Below, piece after piece: positions 28,970-38,060 of a stretch of DNA of 64,000 bases (position 1 is the stretch's first letter; every line of letters starts with the position of its first letter). This DNA is from Candidatus Calditenuis fumarioli (GTDB lineage Archaea; Thermoproteota; Nitrososphaeria_A; Caldarchaeales; Calditenuaceae). The DNA lies in assembly GCA_030059665.1 (NCBI GenBank), contig JANVYR010000002.1, positions 192,001 to 256,000 on the forward strand. Direction: 5' to 3'. The translations under genes and the position numbers were made by a program. The notes under the pieces were generated by a model. The model was given only the letters and a program-made list of their open reading frames with translations. It searched no databases and was not told the DNA's origin.

Positions 28970-31471
28970 CTAACCCTTCGCCTCGACGGGCCTGGAGAGC
29001 GCCGCTATCCTCTCCATCATCCTCCTGTTCTCCTCCCTCAGCCTCTCGAGCTCCTCTCTCAGCGCCTTGTACTCGGTTCCCCGCTCCAGCGCCTTCCTCA
29101 CCTTCTCCGCAGCATCCCTCGCGGCCCTCCTCACCATCTCGTACGGGTCCGACTCGGCCATCTGGTTGAGGATGCCGATGACCTGAGGTGTGATCAGCTC
29201 CGCGCAGGCAGCGACCACCGCCCTCCTGACCCTGTAGCTCTCGTCGCGTGAGAGCTCCCTGAGCCTCTCGATCACCTCCCTCCTCCCGGGGAACCTGCCG
29301 AGGAGCGATGCCGCAACGGCCCTTACGTGGCTCGGCCTGTCGTCCTCGGTGTAGCGCATTATGACCCGCAGCGTCTCCTCGTCTCCGATCTCGGCAAGCC
29401 CCCTAAGGCACCCTGCGGTGATCGCGTTGTTGTGCGACGGGTCGTCGATGTGCCTCAGCAGCAGCCCCCTCACCGACTCGCCGCCGACCTTGCCCAGCGA
29501 GCTCGCAGCGGCCTGCCTCGTGTAGTACCCCTCCTTCGGGTCCTCGAGGACGGAGGTGAGGGCCTCGATCACCTCCCTGTCGCCCTTGAAGGCCGAGAGG
29601 GCCTCGCAGATCGCGGTCCGCACCTTCTTGTTGTTGACGGTCCTCAGGGCCTCGAGCAGCTCCCTCCGGGCCGACTCGGTCCTCGCGTTACCGAGGGCCT
29701 TGGCCGCCTCCACCGCGACCCCCCAGAAGGTCTTCGGAGACCTCAGCACCTCTCCAAGCGCCTCCACCGCCCTCTGGCTGCCGCTTTTACCCAGCGCCCT
29801 CGCCGCGAGAACCCTGCAGTACGTGTGCACGTCCTCCTTGAGGATCCTGATCCAGACCTCGTCGCCGAGTTTGCGCTCGATGACCGCGAAGGCCTCGAAC
29901 CTCGGGTCGACGCAGACCCACCTCGGCCTCTCCTCGACCGGGAGGACGAAGACCTCCTCCCTCGACCTCAGCTCGACCCTGAACTCCCTTCTGCCGGAGG
30001 GGAGGTTGACCTCGATCGCGAGCGGCACCCAGTACTCCGGAAGCGAGTCGTCGCCCTGCGTCTGCCTGAACCTGAGCCTGAGGGTTCTGGAGGCCTCGTC
30101 GTACTCCTCCTCCACCGATATCACGGGATGGCCGGCGTTGTAGAGGTACTGCTCGAAGAAGAGCTCGAGGTTCCTGCCGCTCACCTCCTCCAGCACCTTC
30201 CTCAGGTCCTCCGTGTCCGCGGTCCTCCGGGCGAACCTCCTCAGGAACTCGCTGAGGCCCTTCCTGAAGGTCTCGTCGCCGAGGAGGGACCTCAGGGCGT
30301 TCAGCACCAGCGCTCCCTTCGGGTAGGCGTGGGAGTCGAAGAGCTCCGCCGCGTACTTGTAGACCCTCGTGACGATGGGCCTCGCGTACCTCTCCCTGTA
30401 CTCGCTCAGGTAGGAGTCGAGGTCCCTGATCATCTCGTAGACGAACTCGTCCTCGCCCTTGTCGTGGAGCACGAAGAGGTTCTCGAGGTAGGTGGCGAAG
30501 CTCTCGTTCAGCCATATGTGGGGCCAGTCACGGCACGTCACGAGGTCCCCGAACCACTGGTGGACCAGCTCGTGCGCCACCAGCGGGTCGCTCGTGAACT
30601 CCTCGTGCGCCAGCTCGTCGTGCAGGGTCAGGTCCGTGAGCGTGGTGGCCGTTGTGTTCTCCATGCCTCCGAAGATGAACTCGTGCACCACCACCTGCGC
30701 GTACTTCCTGTAGGGGTACGGGTAGCTGAGGTACGAGCTGAGGAAGTCGATCACCTTGGGCGTCTTCGAGAAGCTCAGGTGCGCTTTCTCCCTCCACCCC
30801 CTCGGAACGTAGTACTGGAGCAGGACGCCGTTGTGTCTCTCCTCGATCAGCTCGAACTCGCCGGCGGCCACGCTGATCAGGTACGGCGCGTGCGGAACGT
30901 CCATCAGCCAGTGCCAGACCTCCTCGTCGCCGATCACCTCGTGCCTCACCAGGTCTCCGTTGGAGACCGCGACTAAACCGCGGGGGACGTGGATCACCAG
31001 CTCGGAGGTGTGCTTGACGGATGGGTGGTCGAGCAGCACCATCCAGTACCGGTTGTACTCCGTCTCTCCCTGGCTCCAGCACTGCAACCCCCTCTCCGGG
31101 TTGGCCCTGTCGGGTCCGACGAAGTGGAACCCCTTCCTCGGCGCGGCCCTGTACTCCACCTCTACGACCGGCTCCCTTCCCCTCACCCTCACCGAGAGGA
31201 GCTGGCCGTCGTAGTGCCACTCCGTTTGAGAGCCGTTGGCGGTGACCCGCGAGATCTCCAGCTCGCACGCGTCGAGCCTCACCCATCCATCCCCGTCCTC
31301 GGGCCTGCTCAGCCTGATCTCCTCGCGTCCCCTGATGCTCCTCGAGCGGAAGTCGATCCAGAGCTCCAGCTTCAGGTGCCTGACCGAGAAGCCCCTGTCC
31401 GGCGGGTAAACCGCTGCGTACTCCGGGTAAGCGAAGTCCCTTCCGGGCTTGAGGTAGGGATGGACCTTCAA
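28970..31471 (-). CDS. M1 aminopeptidase with C-terminal HEAT repeats
   Basis: GGMEN, HELVHQWFGD...WLNESFA, HEAT repeats. Likely TTG start at 31471 with GGAG RBS. Confidence 0.93.
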   Translation of the reverse strand: MKVHPYLKPGRDFAYPEYAAVYPPDRGFSVRHLKLELWIDFRSRSIRGREEIRLSRPEDGDGWVRLDACELEISRVTANGSQTEWHYDGQLLSVRVRGREPVVEVEYRAAPRKGFHFVGPDRANPERGLQCWSQGETEYNRYWMVLLDHPSVKHTSELVIHVPRGLVAVSNGDLVRHEVIGDEEVWHWLMDVPHAPYLISVAAGEFELIEERHNGVLLQYYVPRGWREKAHLSFSKTPKVIDFLSSYLSYPYPYRKYAQVVVHEFIFGGMENTTATTLTDLTLHDELAHEEFTSDPLVAHELVHQWFGDLVTCRDWPHIWLNESFATYLENLFVLHDKGEDEFVYEMIRDLDSYLSEYRERYARPIVTRVYKYAAELFDSHAYPKGALVLNALRSLLGDETFRKGLSEFLRRFARRTADTEDLRKVLEEVSGRNLELFFEQYLYNAGHPVISVEEEYDEASRTLRLRFRQTQGDDSLPEYWVPLAIEVNLPSGRREFRVELRSREEVFVLPVEERPRWVCVDPRFEAFAVIERKLGDEVWIRILKEDVHTYCRVLAARALGKSGSQRAVEALGEVLRSPKTFWGVAVEAAKALGNARTESARRELLEALRTVNNKKVRTAICEALSAFKGDREVIEALTSVLEDPKEGYYTRQAAASSLGKVGGESVRGLLLRHIDDPSHNNAITAGCLRGLAEIGDEETLRVIMRYTEDDRPSHVRAVAASLLGRFPGRREVIERLRELSRDESYRVRRAVVAACAELITPQVIGILNQMAESDPYEMVRRAARDAAEKVRKALERGTEYKALREELERLREENRRMMERIAALSRPVEAKG

Positions 31472-31779
31472 CTCCTTCGGCCGCACATCATCTCCGGAGT
31501 TGCAAAATACCTTTGCCGCGCGTCCCTCCTCGGAGCCGTTGGTCGAGCGAAGGTCCTGCGGTCGGCAGCAACCGGTTCGCTGCACGTGGACGTCGTTTCC
31601 GGGCTGAGAGGGGTCTCTGCGAAGGGCGGGTCGGTCACGGCTCCAAGCGGAGGGGGTCGGCGACGCGTCGGGCTGGCGTGGTTCCGGAGCGTCCTCGAGC
31701 GACCATAGGTGGGTCATCGGGAGGGATTATGACGGTATTGGGACCCCCTCTCCCCGAGGTGTGGATATAGGTCAGAGGA

Positions 31780-31795
31780 TGATACTGCAGTATCA
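31780..31795. promoter_or_regulatory. Perfect 16-bp palindrome directly upstream of gins-mcm-hel308
   Basis: TGATACTGCAGTATCA ends 2 nt before the TTG start at 31798. Confidence 0.55.
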
Positions 31796-31797
31796 GG

Positions 31798-32283
31798 TTG
31801 CTGGACGAGCTGGTGACGCTGAGGGTGAGGTTCACGACCGACGTCCAGAGGATCGCCTTCGGAGGGAGGAGACTCGAGGGCATCAGGGCCGGGTCCGTGC
31901 TGGAGGTTCCGGCCTGGGTCGCGGACGTCCTCGGTGAGGCGAGGCTGGCCGAGGTGGTCGATGAGGTCGGGCTCCAGCAGCTCTACCAGCTCCTCGTAAG
32001 GGAGCGGAGGGGCGCGGAGCCGGTCCAGCTTCCGGAGGGTTTCTACCCGAAGGTGAGGAGGGCCCTCTCGAGGGCTCAGAGGGAGGAGGCACAGCGGATC
32101 GAGAACGTCCTGAGGGACGTGGTCAACCTCCGGCTCAGCAAGCTCATCCCCGCAGCGCTGAAGTCGCCCGATCCCGAGTGGATCAGGAACCTCACCCCCG
32201 AGGAGCGCCTCCTCTTCGAGGACCTGAAGGCCCGCATCAGGGAGTTCTACTCCTCGGTTCTGGAGGTGAGGGGACGTGGGTGA
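31798..32283 (+). CDS. gins23: GINS subunit (Gins23-like, B-A domain order)
   Basis: LEVPAWVA..L, LPEGFY, LRLSKL, NLTPEERLLF. Overlaps the mcm start. Confidence 0.88.
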   Translation: MLDELVTLRVRFTTDVQRIAFGGRRLEGIRAGSVLEVPAWVADVLGEARLAEVVDEVGLQQLYQLLVRERRGAEPVQLPEGFYPKVRRALSRAQREEAQRIENVLRDVVNLRLSKLIPAALKSPDPEWIRNLTPEERLLFEDLKARIREFYSSVLEVRGRG

Positions 32284-34273
32284 GCTCCCGGTCGAGGAGA
32301 GGCTCGCCGAGTTCTTCAAGCAGGAGAAGTACAGGGACCTGATAGCCCGGGCCGTTCTGAGCAACCGGAGGTCGGTTCCCGTCGACTTCGGCGATCTCCT
32401 GGTCTTCGACAGCGAGTTCGCCAACTCGCTCCTCGAGTCGCCTGACAAGGGCCTGCCCATCCTGAACGCAGCGCTTAACGAGCAGGTCAGGATCGAGTTC
32501 CCCGACCAGACCACGAGGAGGTACGTCGCCAGGGTCAGGAACCTTCCGGAGACGCTCAGCATCAGGTCGATCAGGGCCCAGCACCTGAGGAAGCTCGTCT
32601 CGGTCGACGGGATCGTGGTCAGGGCCTCATCGGTCAGGCCGATGCTGGTGAGGGCGACGTACAGGTGCAGGTACTGCGGCAAGCTCTACTCCGTCGAGCG
32701 CCAGAGGCCGCCGCCGAGGTGCGAGAGCCCGAGGTGCGCCGACAAGAGGCCGAGCTTCGAGTTCCTCGAGGAGGACTCGGAGTACGTGGACTTCCAGCTG
32801 ATCGGCCTCCAGGAGAAGCCGGAGGAGCTCCCACCCGGTCAGCTCCCCAGGACGATCGAGGTCTCCCTGACGGAGGACCTGGTGGACACCGTCGCTCCGG
32901 GAGACAGGGTTACCGTCTGCGGTGTCGTGAGGGCGATCTCCGACGCGAGGGAGCAGTCTGCGGGCCCCCTGAGGCTCAGGATAGAGGGCATCTCGGTCGA
33001 GACGAGGGGGAAGGAGATGGAGTCGCTCGCGATAACGCCCCAGGAGGAGAGGGAGTTCCTGAGGATGGCCTCCCAGCCGGGGTTCTACGAGACCCTCATC
33101 GAGTCTATCGCGCCGTCGATACAGGGCCACACCCACATCAAGGAAGCGATACTCCTGGCCCTCGTAGGCAGCCGCCAGAAGGTCTTCCCCGACGGCGTCA
33201 GGGTCAGGGGAGACATCCACCTGCTGCTGGTGGGAGATCCGGGAACCGCGAAGTCGACGCTCCTCCTCTACGCCGCCCAGATAGCTCCGAGGGGGGTGTA
33301 CACAACCGGGAGGGGTTCGACCGCGGCTGGCCTCACGGCGGCCGTCATCCGGGAGCAGGGAGGAGGGATGGTCCTCGAGGCCGGTGCCACGGTTCTGGCG
33401 GACATGGGGGTGTGCGTCGTCGACGAGATCGACAAGATGAGGCCGGAGGACAGGGTCGCCATGCACGAGGTCATGGCCAACCAGACCGTGAGCATCGCGA
33501 AGGGAGGGATCGTTGCGACGCTGAACGCCCGCTGCAGCATCCTCGCGGCCGCCAACCCCGAGCTGGGCCGTTACGACCCCTACAGGCCCTTCAACGAGAA
33601 CGTCAACCTCCCCGTGACGCTGCTGAGCAGGTTCGACCTGATCTTCGTCCTGCGCGACGAACCGAACCCCGAGATGGACAGGAGGATCTCGAGCCACATG
33701 CTGGAGCTCCACATGCACGGTAGGGCTCCCGAGAGCAAGGCCCTGCCACCGGAGACGCTGAAGAAGTACATTGCGTTCGCGAAGAGGTTCACGCCGGTCC
33801 TGAGCAGGGAGGCTGCCGAGGAGCTGCAGCGGTTCTACCTCCAGATGAGGTCGGTCTACGAGAGGACCTCGACGGTGGCGATCACCGCGCGGCAGCTCGA
33901 GTCCCTCGTCAGGCTGGCGGAGGCAAGGGCGAGGGCGCTGCTGAGGGATGTGGTCACGAAGGAGGACGCGGAGGTGGCCATCAGGCTGATGAAGAGGAGC
34001 CTCTCCGAGGTGGGGATCGACGTGGAGACCGGGAAGCCCGACATCGACGTGATAATGTCCGGGAAGCCGAGGAGCGTGAGGGAGAAGCTCACGCTGGTCA
34101 TCGACACCATCAGGAAACTCGAGCAGGCCCACGGCTACGCCGACGACGCTGCCCTCCGGCAGGAGCTCGAGGGTAAGGGCCTCACCAAGGCCGAGATCGA
34201 CAGGATCCTGAACAGGATGATCTCCGAGGGGAGGATCTACTCGCCGAAGCCCGGCGCCTACCGGGTCACATGA
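32276..34273 (+). CDS. mcm: Replicative helicase MCM
   Basis: Zn finger CRYC...CESPRC, GDPGTAKS, VDEIDKM, SRFD. No intein. Confidence 0.97.
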   Translation: MGELPVEERLAEFFKQEKYRDLIARAVLSNRRSVPVDFGDLLVFDSEFANSLLESPDKGLPILNAALNEQVRIEFPDQTTRRYVARVRNLPETLSIRSIRAQHLRKLVSVDGIVVRASSVRPMLVRATYRCRYCGKLYSVERQRPPPRCESPRCADKRPSFEFLEEDSEYVDFQLIGLQEKPEELPPGQLPRTIEVSLTEDLVDTVAPGDRVTVCGVVRAISDAREQSAGPLRLRIEGISVETRGKEMESLAITPQEEREFLRMASQPGFYETLIESIAPSIQGHTHIKEAILLALVGSRQKVFPDGVRVRGDIHLLLVGDPGTAKSTLLLYAAQIAPRGVYTTGRGSTAAGLTAAVIREQGGGMVLEAGATVLADMGVCVVDEIDKMRPEDRVAMHEVMANQTVSIAKGGIVATLNARCSILAAANPELGRYDPYRPFNENVNLPVTLLSRFDLIFVLRDEPNPEMDRRISSHMLELHMHGRAPESKALPPETLKKYIAFAKRFTPVLSREAAEELQRFYLQMRSVYERTSTVAITARQLESLVRLAEARARALLRDVVTKEDAEVAIRLMKRSLSEVGIDVETGKPDIDVIMSGKPRSVREKLTLVIDTIRKLEQAHGYADDAALRQELEGKGLTKAEIDRILNRMISEGRIYSPKPGAYRVT

Positions 34274-34274
34274 G

Positions 34275-36422
34275 ATGATCAGGATAGAGGACCTGGGCCT
34301 TCCGGAGGGGCTGACGAGGGCCCTCCGCAACGAGGGCGTTCAGGTGCTCTACCCGCATCAGGAGGAGGCGATCAGGAGGGGTCTACTTGAGGGGAGGAAC
34401 ATGGTGGTCACCGCGCCCACCGCATCCGGCAAGACGCTCCTTGCGATGCTGGCGGCCCACAGGGCGATCTCCTCGGGCAGGAAGGTCCTCTACCTGACCC
34501 CTTTGAGGGCGCTCACGTCCGAGAAGCTGGAGGAGTTCTCGAAGGTCTTCAGGGAGTCGGGGCTCGGGGTGAGGGTGAGGGCCGTCTCGGGGGACTACGA
34601 CGATCCCGGCGAGTGGCTGGCGGAGTACGACCTGATCGTATCGACGTACGAGAAGGCCGACAGCCTGGTCAGGCACGGAGCCAGCTGGCTCGGCAGTGTA
34701 GGGCTGGTGGTGGTCGACGAGGTCCACATGATCGGCGACCGGGACAGGGGACCGACGCTCGAGATGACGGTTGCGAAGCTCCAGGAGGCCTGTAGCGAGC
34801 CGAGCTTCCTCTGCCTCAGCGCGACCGTGAGGAACGGTGAGGAGCTCGCCGGGTGGCTCGACGCGGAGCTGATCAGGTCCGACTTCAGGCCGGTGCCGCT
34901 GATCGAGGGCGTCTTCGCGGGCGGAAGGCTGCTGCTCTCCGATGGCACCACGAGGACCCTCGAGGGCCCTGACCCTCTGATGGAGCTCGTGGCCGAGTCG
35001 CTCCGGGACGGAGGTCAGGTGCTGGTCTTCGCGATGACGAGGAAGAGGGCCGAGGAGTACGCCGCGAGGATCGCGGGGTCGCTCCTGGAGACCGGTGACG
35101 ACCCGAGGCTCGAGGAGTACGCCAGGGAGGTCCTGGAGGAGAGGGAGTCGCCCTTCAGCGAGAGGCTCTCCTTGCTGATTCGGAGGGGAGTAGCCTTCCA
35201 TCACGCGGGCCTCAGCTACCACCACAGGCGGACCGTCGAGGAGGCCTTCCGGTCGAGGGCATTAAGGGTCCTCTGCTCGACCACCACGCTCGCAGCGGGC
35301 GTCAACCTACCGGCCAGAACGGTGATCATACCGGAGTACAGGAAGTTCAGGGGTCCGGGGTACGTGGAGGAGCTGACGGTGATGGAGTACAAGCAGCTCT
35401 CCGGGAGGGCCGGGAGGCCCCAGTTCGACAGGGTCGGGTACGCCATCCTCATGGCCCGGCACGTAACAGACCTCCACTACCTCTTCGAGAAGTACGTGAG
35501 GGGGCTTCCGGAGCGGATCGTCTCCTCCCTCGCAAGCGACAGGCACCTGAGGTCGCACGTCCTCTCCCTGATCGCTTCGGGCATCGCGAGGACCGAGACG
35601 TCCCTCTTCAGGGTCCTCTCTCGGACCTTCTTCGCCCATCAGTTCGGCGCCAGGGTCCTGCTGGCCAAGACGGAGCCCGTGCTGGAGTTCCTCGAGTCGC
35701 ACGGCATGATAACCAGGTCCGGAACGCTCGAGGTCACACCGCTCGGCAGGAGGGTCTCGGAGCTGTACATCGATCCGCTGACCGCTGTGAGGTTGCTCGA
35801 GATCGTACAGGAGCAGGAGAGCCTGACGGAGCTCGGCGCTCTCCTCGCGGTCTCCCTGACGCCAGACATGAGGGACGTGACCTACCCCGCGATACACAGG
35901 TCCAAGGTCGAGTCGATGCTCGACGAGCACGCCGACCAGCTCCCCGTCCAGCCACCCGACCCCTTCGACGACCCTGAGGGCTACGAGCTGTTCCTCGACG
36001 CGTTCGCGCTGTCGCTGCTGCTCCGCGACTGGATCAACGAGGTCCCCGAGCGAGAGATCTACGAGCGGTACCGCATCGAGCCCGGCGACTTCGCAGCCCT
36101 CAGGGAGCGCGCAGAGTGGATCTCGTACGCAGCAGGACAGGTCATGAGGGTCGTGGGCAGGAAGGGGCTTGCGGGGGTCTTCGCGGTCATGAGCGATCGG
36201 ATCAGGCACGGCGTAAGGTCCGAGCTGCTGGAGCTGGTCACGCTTCCGGAGATAGGCAGGGTTAGGGCGAGGGCTCTCTGGAGCCACGGGATAAGGTCGG
36301 TGAGGGACGTGGCTGAGGCTCCGCTCGAACGTCTCACGTCGGTGCCCGGGATCGGTCAGAGGATAGCCGAGAGGATCAAGGAGCATTCCCTCCGGCTCCT
36401 CGGCCCTTCACCGCGTTCCTGA
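34275..36422 (+). CDS. hel308: Hel308/Hjm DEAD-box DNA helicase
   Basis: APTASGKT, DEVH, SAT, AFHHAGL, QLSGRAGRP, C-terminal HhH. Confidence 0.95.
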   Translation: MIRIEDLGLPEGLTRALRNEGVQVLYPHQEEAIRRGLLEGRNMVVTAPTASGKTLLAMLAAHRAISSGRKVLYLTPLRALTSEKLEEFSKVFRESGLGVRVRAVSGDYDDPGEWLAEYDLIVSTYEKADSLVRHGASWLGSVGLVVVDEVHMIGDRDRGPTLEMTVAKLQEACSEPSFLCLSATVRNGEELAGWLDAELIRSDFRPVPLIEGVFAGGRLLLSDGTTRTLEGPDPLMELVAESLRDGGQVLVFAMTRKRAEEYAARIAGSLLETGDDPRLEEYAREVLEERESPFSERLSLLIRRGVAFHHAGLSYHHRRTVEEAFRSRALRVLCSTTTLAAGVNLPARTVIIPEYRKFRGPGYVEELTVMEYKQLSGRAGRPQFDRVGYAILMARHVTDLHYLFEKYVRGLPERIVSSLASDRHLRSHVLSLIASGIARTETSLFRVLSRTFFAHQFGARVLLAKTEPVLEFLESHGMITRSGTLEVTPLGRRVSELYIDPLTAVRLLEIVQEQESLTELGALLAVSLTPDMRDVTYPAIHRSKVESMLDEHADQLPVQPPDPFDDPEGYELFLDAFALSLLLRDWINEVPEREIYERYRIEPGDFAALRERAEWISYAAGQVMRVVGRKGLAGVFAVMSDRIRHGVRSELLELVTLPEIGRVRARALWSHGIRSVRDVAEAPLERLTSVPGIGQRIAERIKEHSLRLLGPSPRS

Positions 36423-36981
36423 GTTCAGCTACCTCGTGCTCCAATGCCTGTACCCTCAGGACCAGCAACGCCACCAGCGCCTTCAGGTCAATTCCTCCCT
36501 CAGCTTTGATGACGTCGGGAGCGGTCTCCAGCTCGAACCCCATCTCCTCCCTCTGTCGGCCGATTTTCCTGCGATACTTGATCACGCGTGGTAACGGGGC
36601 CTGCCTGGCCTCGTCCTCGGAGACCTCGCGCACGTTCTCCTTATCGTCCTTCCTCGAGGGGATCGTGACGTTGGCGGTCACCACCTCGTGAACGTAGCTC
36701 TCAGATGTGCCTATCCTGAGCACGTTGGGCTCGATCGGCTTCAGAACTCCGTCGGACGTCAGCTCCGCGATGGGTTCGCCGGCCGGCGCAAGCCCTATCC
36801 TCGCGCCGCTCTCGTCAACCGTTCTTCTGACTCCTAACTCGATCGACGTTCTCTCGAGAAGGGCCTTCAGCTCCTCCTCCGTCAGGCCCGTCCGGGCATC
36901 CGTGACGCGGATCCTCGGCGCCATCACTCGAACACCAAGGCCGTCATCCTTACCCGGCCGGAAAGGACCTCGGCCTTCCAC
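36376..36981 (-). CDS. Viral tail-fibre-associated protein with C-terminal S74-like chaperone/coiled coil
   Basis: GFELETAPDVI...GIDLKALVALLVLRVQALEHEVAELR. The 3' end overlaps hel308 convergently. Confidence 0.6.
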   Translation of the reverse strand: MEGRGPFRPGKDDGLGVRVMAPRIRVTDARTGLTEEELKALLERTSIELGVRRTVDESGARIGLAPAGEPIAELTSDGVLKPIEPNVLRIGTSESYVHEVVTANVTIPSRKDDKENVREVSEDEARQAPLPRVIKYRRKIGRQREEMGFELETAPDVIKAEGGIDLKALVALLVLRVQALEHEVAELRNAVKGRGAGGNAP

Positions 36982-38060
36982 CAGAGCACCGGGGGATCGA
37001 AGGCCAGCGACGTTCCGCCCGATCCGGAGAACTCCTGCTCGTAGCTGTCGTTGAGCCTAACCCTATTGGTTACCGTTGTGTCGAGGAACTCTATCTTCTG
37101 CAGGTACGCTTCGCTCGCGTAGAACTTATCGATTGTTATGGGGTTGATGTCGTATTTCCACTTGATGTTGGCCACATCCGTCTGCGTGAACGCGGATACA
37201 TCCGCCGTGGTGTAGAAGGTCATGGAGTGCGTGTAGGCGTCGTCAAACTTTACCTCCGTTCCTGCGGTGAGGTTCGTCACGTTGTTTATGCTCTCCCGCC
37301 ATATGGTGAACCCGCTCGGCAAGTTTCTGCTCGTCCATCCGTTGAAATAGCTCCTGAAGGCCTCACTTGATTTCGCTACGGGAACCGTCACGTCGGGAGG
37401 TGTATAATACCACGCATAGGCGATCGTCAAATAATTATATCCATAACTCGTCCAGAATTCACCATCTTGAATAGTCCAATTGGTCCCATTATAATATCCT
37501 CTTTTACAGACGACGAGGAAATCGGAGCCACTACCACAAGCACTCGTATCAATACGGGCGTAATTAGAAGAGTTGGCGGAAGTAGGCACAAGGACGAGGG
37601 CATATAGCTTATTCCACTCGAGCTGATATCCGTTGGTGAAAGCGTTGGGCGGATCGCCGAAATCGATGTAAACTATATCACTACCGATCGACGGTGTGAA
37701 GCTCGTAATATATGTCGTAGGTATATAACTGGTCGGATCAACATAATAGAGGTCGATGCGGAATTGTGGATTTCCGGTTCGGTAACTAAGATAAAATATA
37801 CTCTTGTAGAGATAAGGTCTTGACGCCGTTGCTCCTGAAATAGTTGGTTGCGGAGGAGTTCCGAAGATCCTCGCAACGCGCTTAGAAGTTGAATCGAGAT
37901 AGTATGAACTATCTATTGAGGCAGCCGACGCTCGCCTGAGATTTGATTTAGGTAGGTTACTATAACTCCGCGAGAACGTGACGTCAAAGGTGATCTCCCT
38001 ATTGTATTCCCAGACGAGCGGAACGGCCCTGTTCAGGCTCAGGACGAGGTACTCGGTCAC
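36924..38060 (-). CDS. Putative viral tail fibre/receptor-binding protein
   Basis: Tyr/Thr/Ser-rich beta protein with an AT-rich central block. Its GTG start overlaps the hub stop. Confidence 0.55.
   Translation of the reverse strand: MTEYLVLSLNRAVPLVWEYNREITFDVTFSRSYSNLPKSNLRRASAASIDSSYYLDSTSKRVARIFGTPPQPTISGATASRPYLYKSIFYLSYRTGNPQFRIDLYYVDPTSYIPTTYITSFTPSIGSDIVYIDFGDPPNAFTNGYQLEWNKLYALVLVPTSANSSNYARIDTSACGSGSDFLVVCKRGYYNGTNWTIQDGEFWTSYGYNYLTIAYAWYYTPPDVTVPVAKSSEAFRSYFNGWTSRNLPSGFTIWRESINNVTNLTAGTEVKFDDAYTHSMTFYTTADVSAFTQTDVANIKWKYDINPITIDKFYASEAYLQKIEFLDTTVTNRVRLNDSYEQEFSGSGGTSLAFDPPVLWWKAEVLSGRVRMTALVFE

Noticed and set aside
31532-31644. Inverted pair GGAGCCGT/ACGGCTCC suggesting SRP or RNase P RNA
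   Set aside because: An 8-bp match is chance-level in GC-rich DNA, and no SRP helix-8 or RNase P conserved regions were found. The region may be a degraded ORF.
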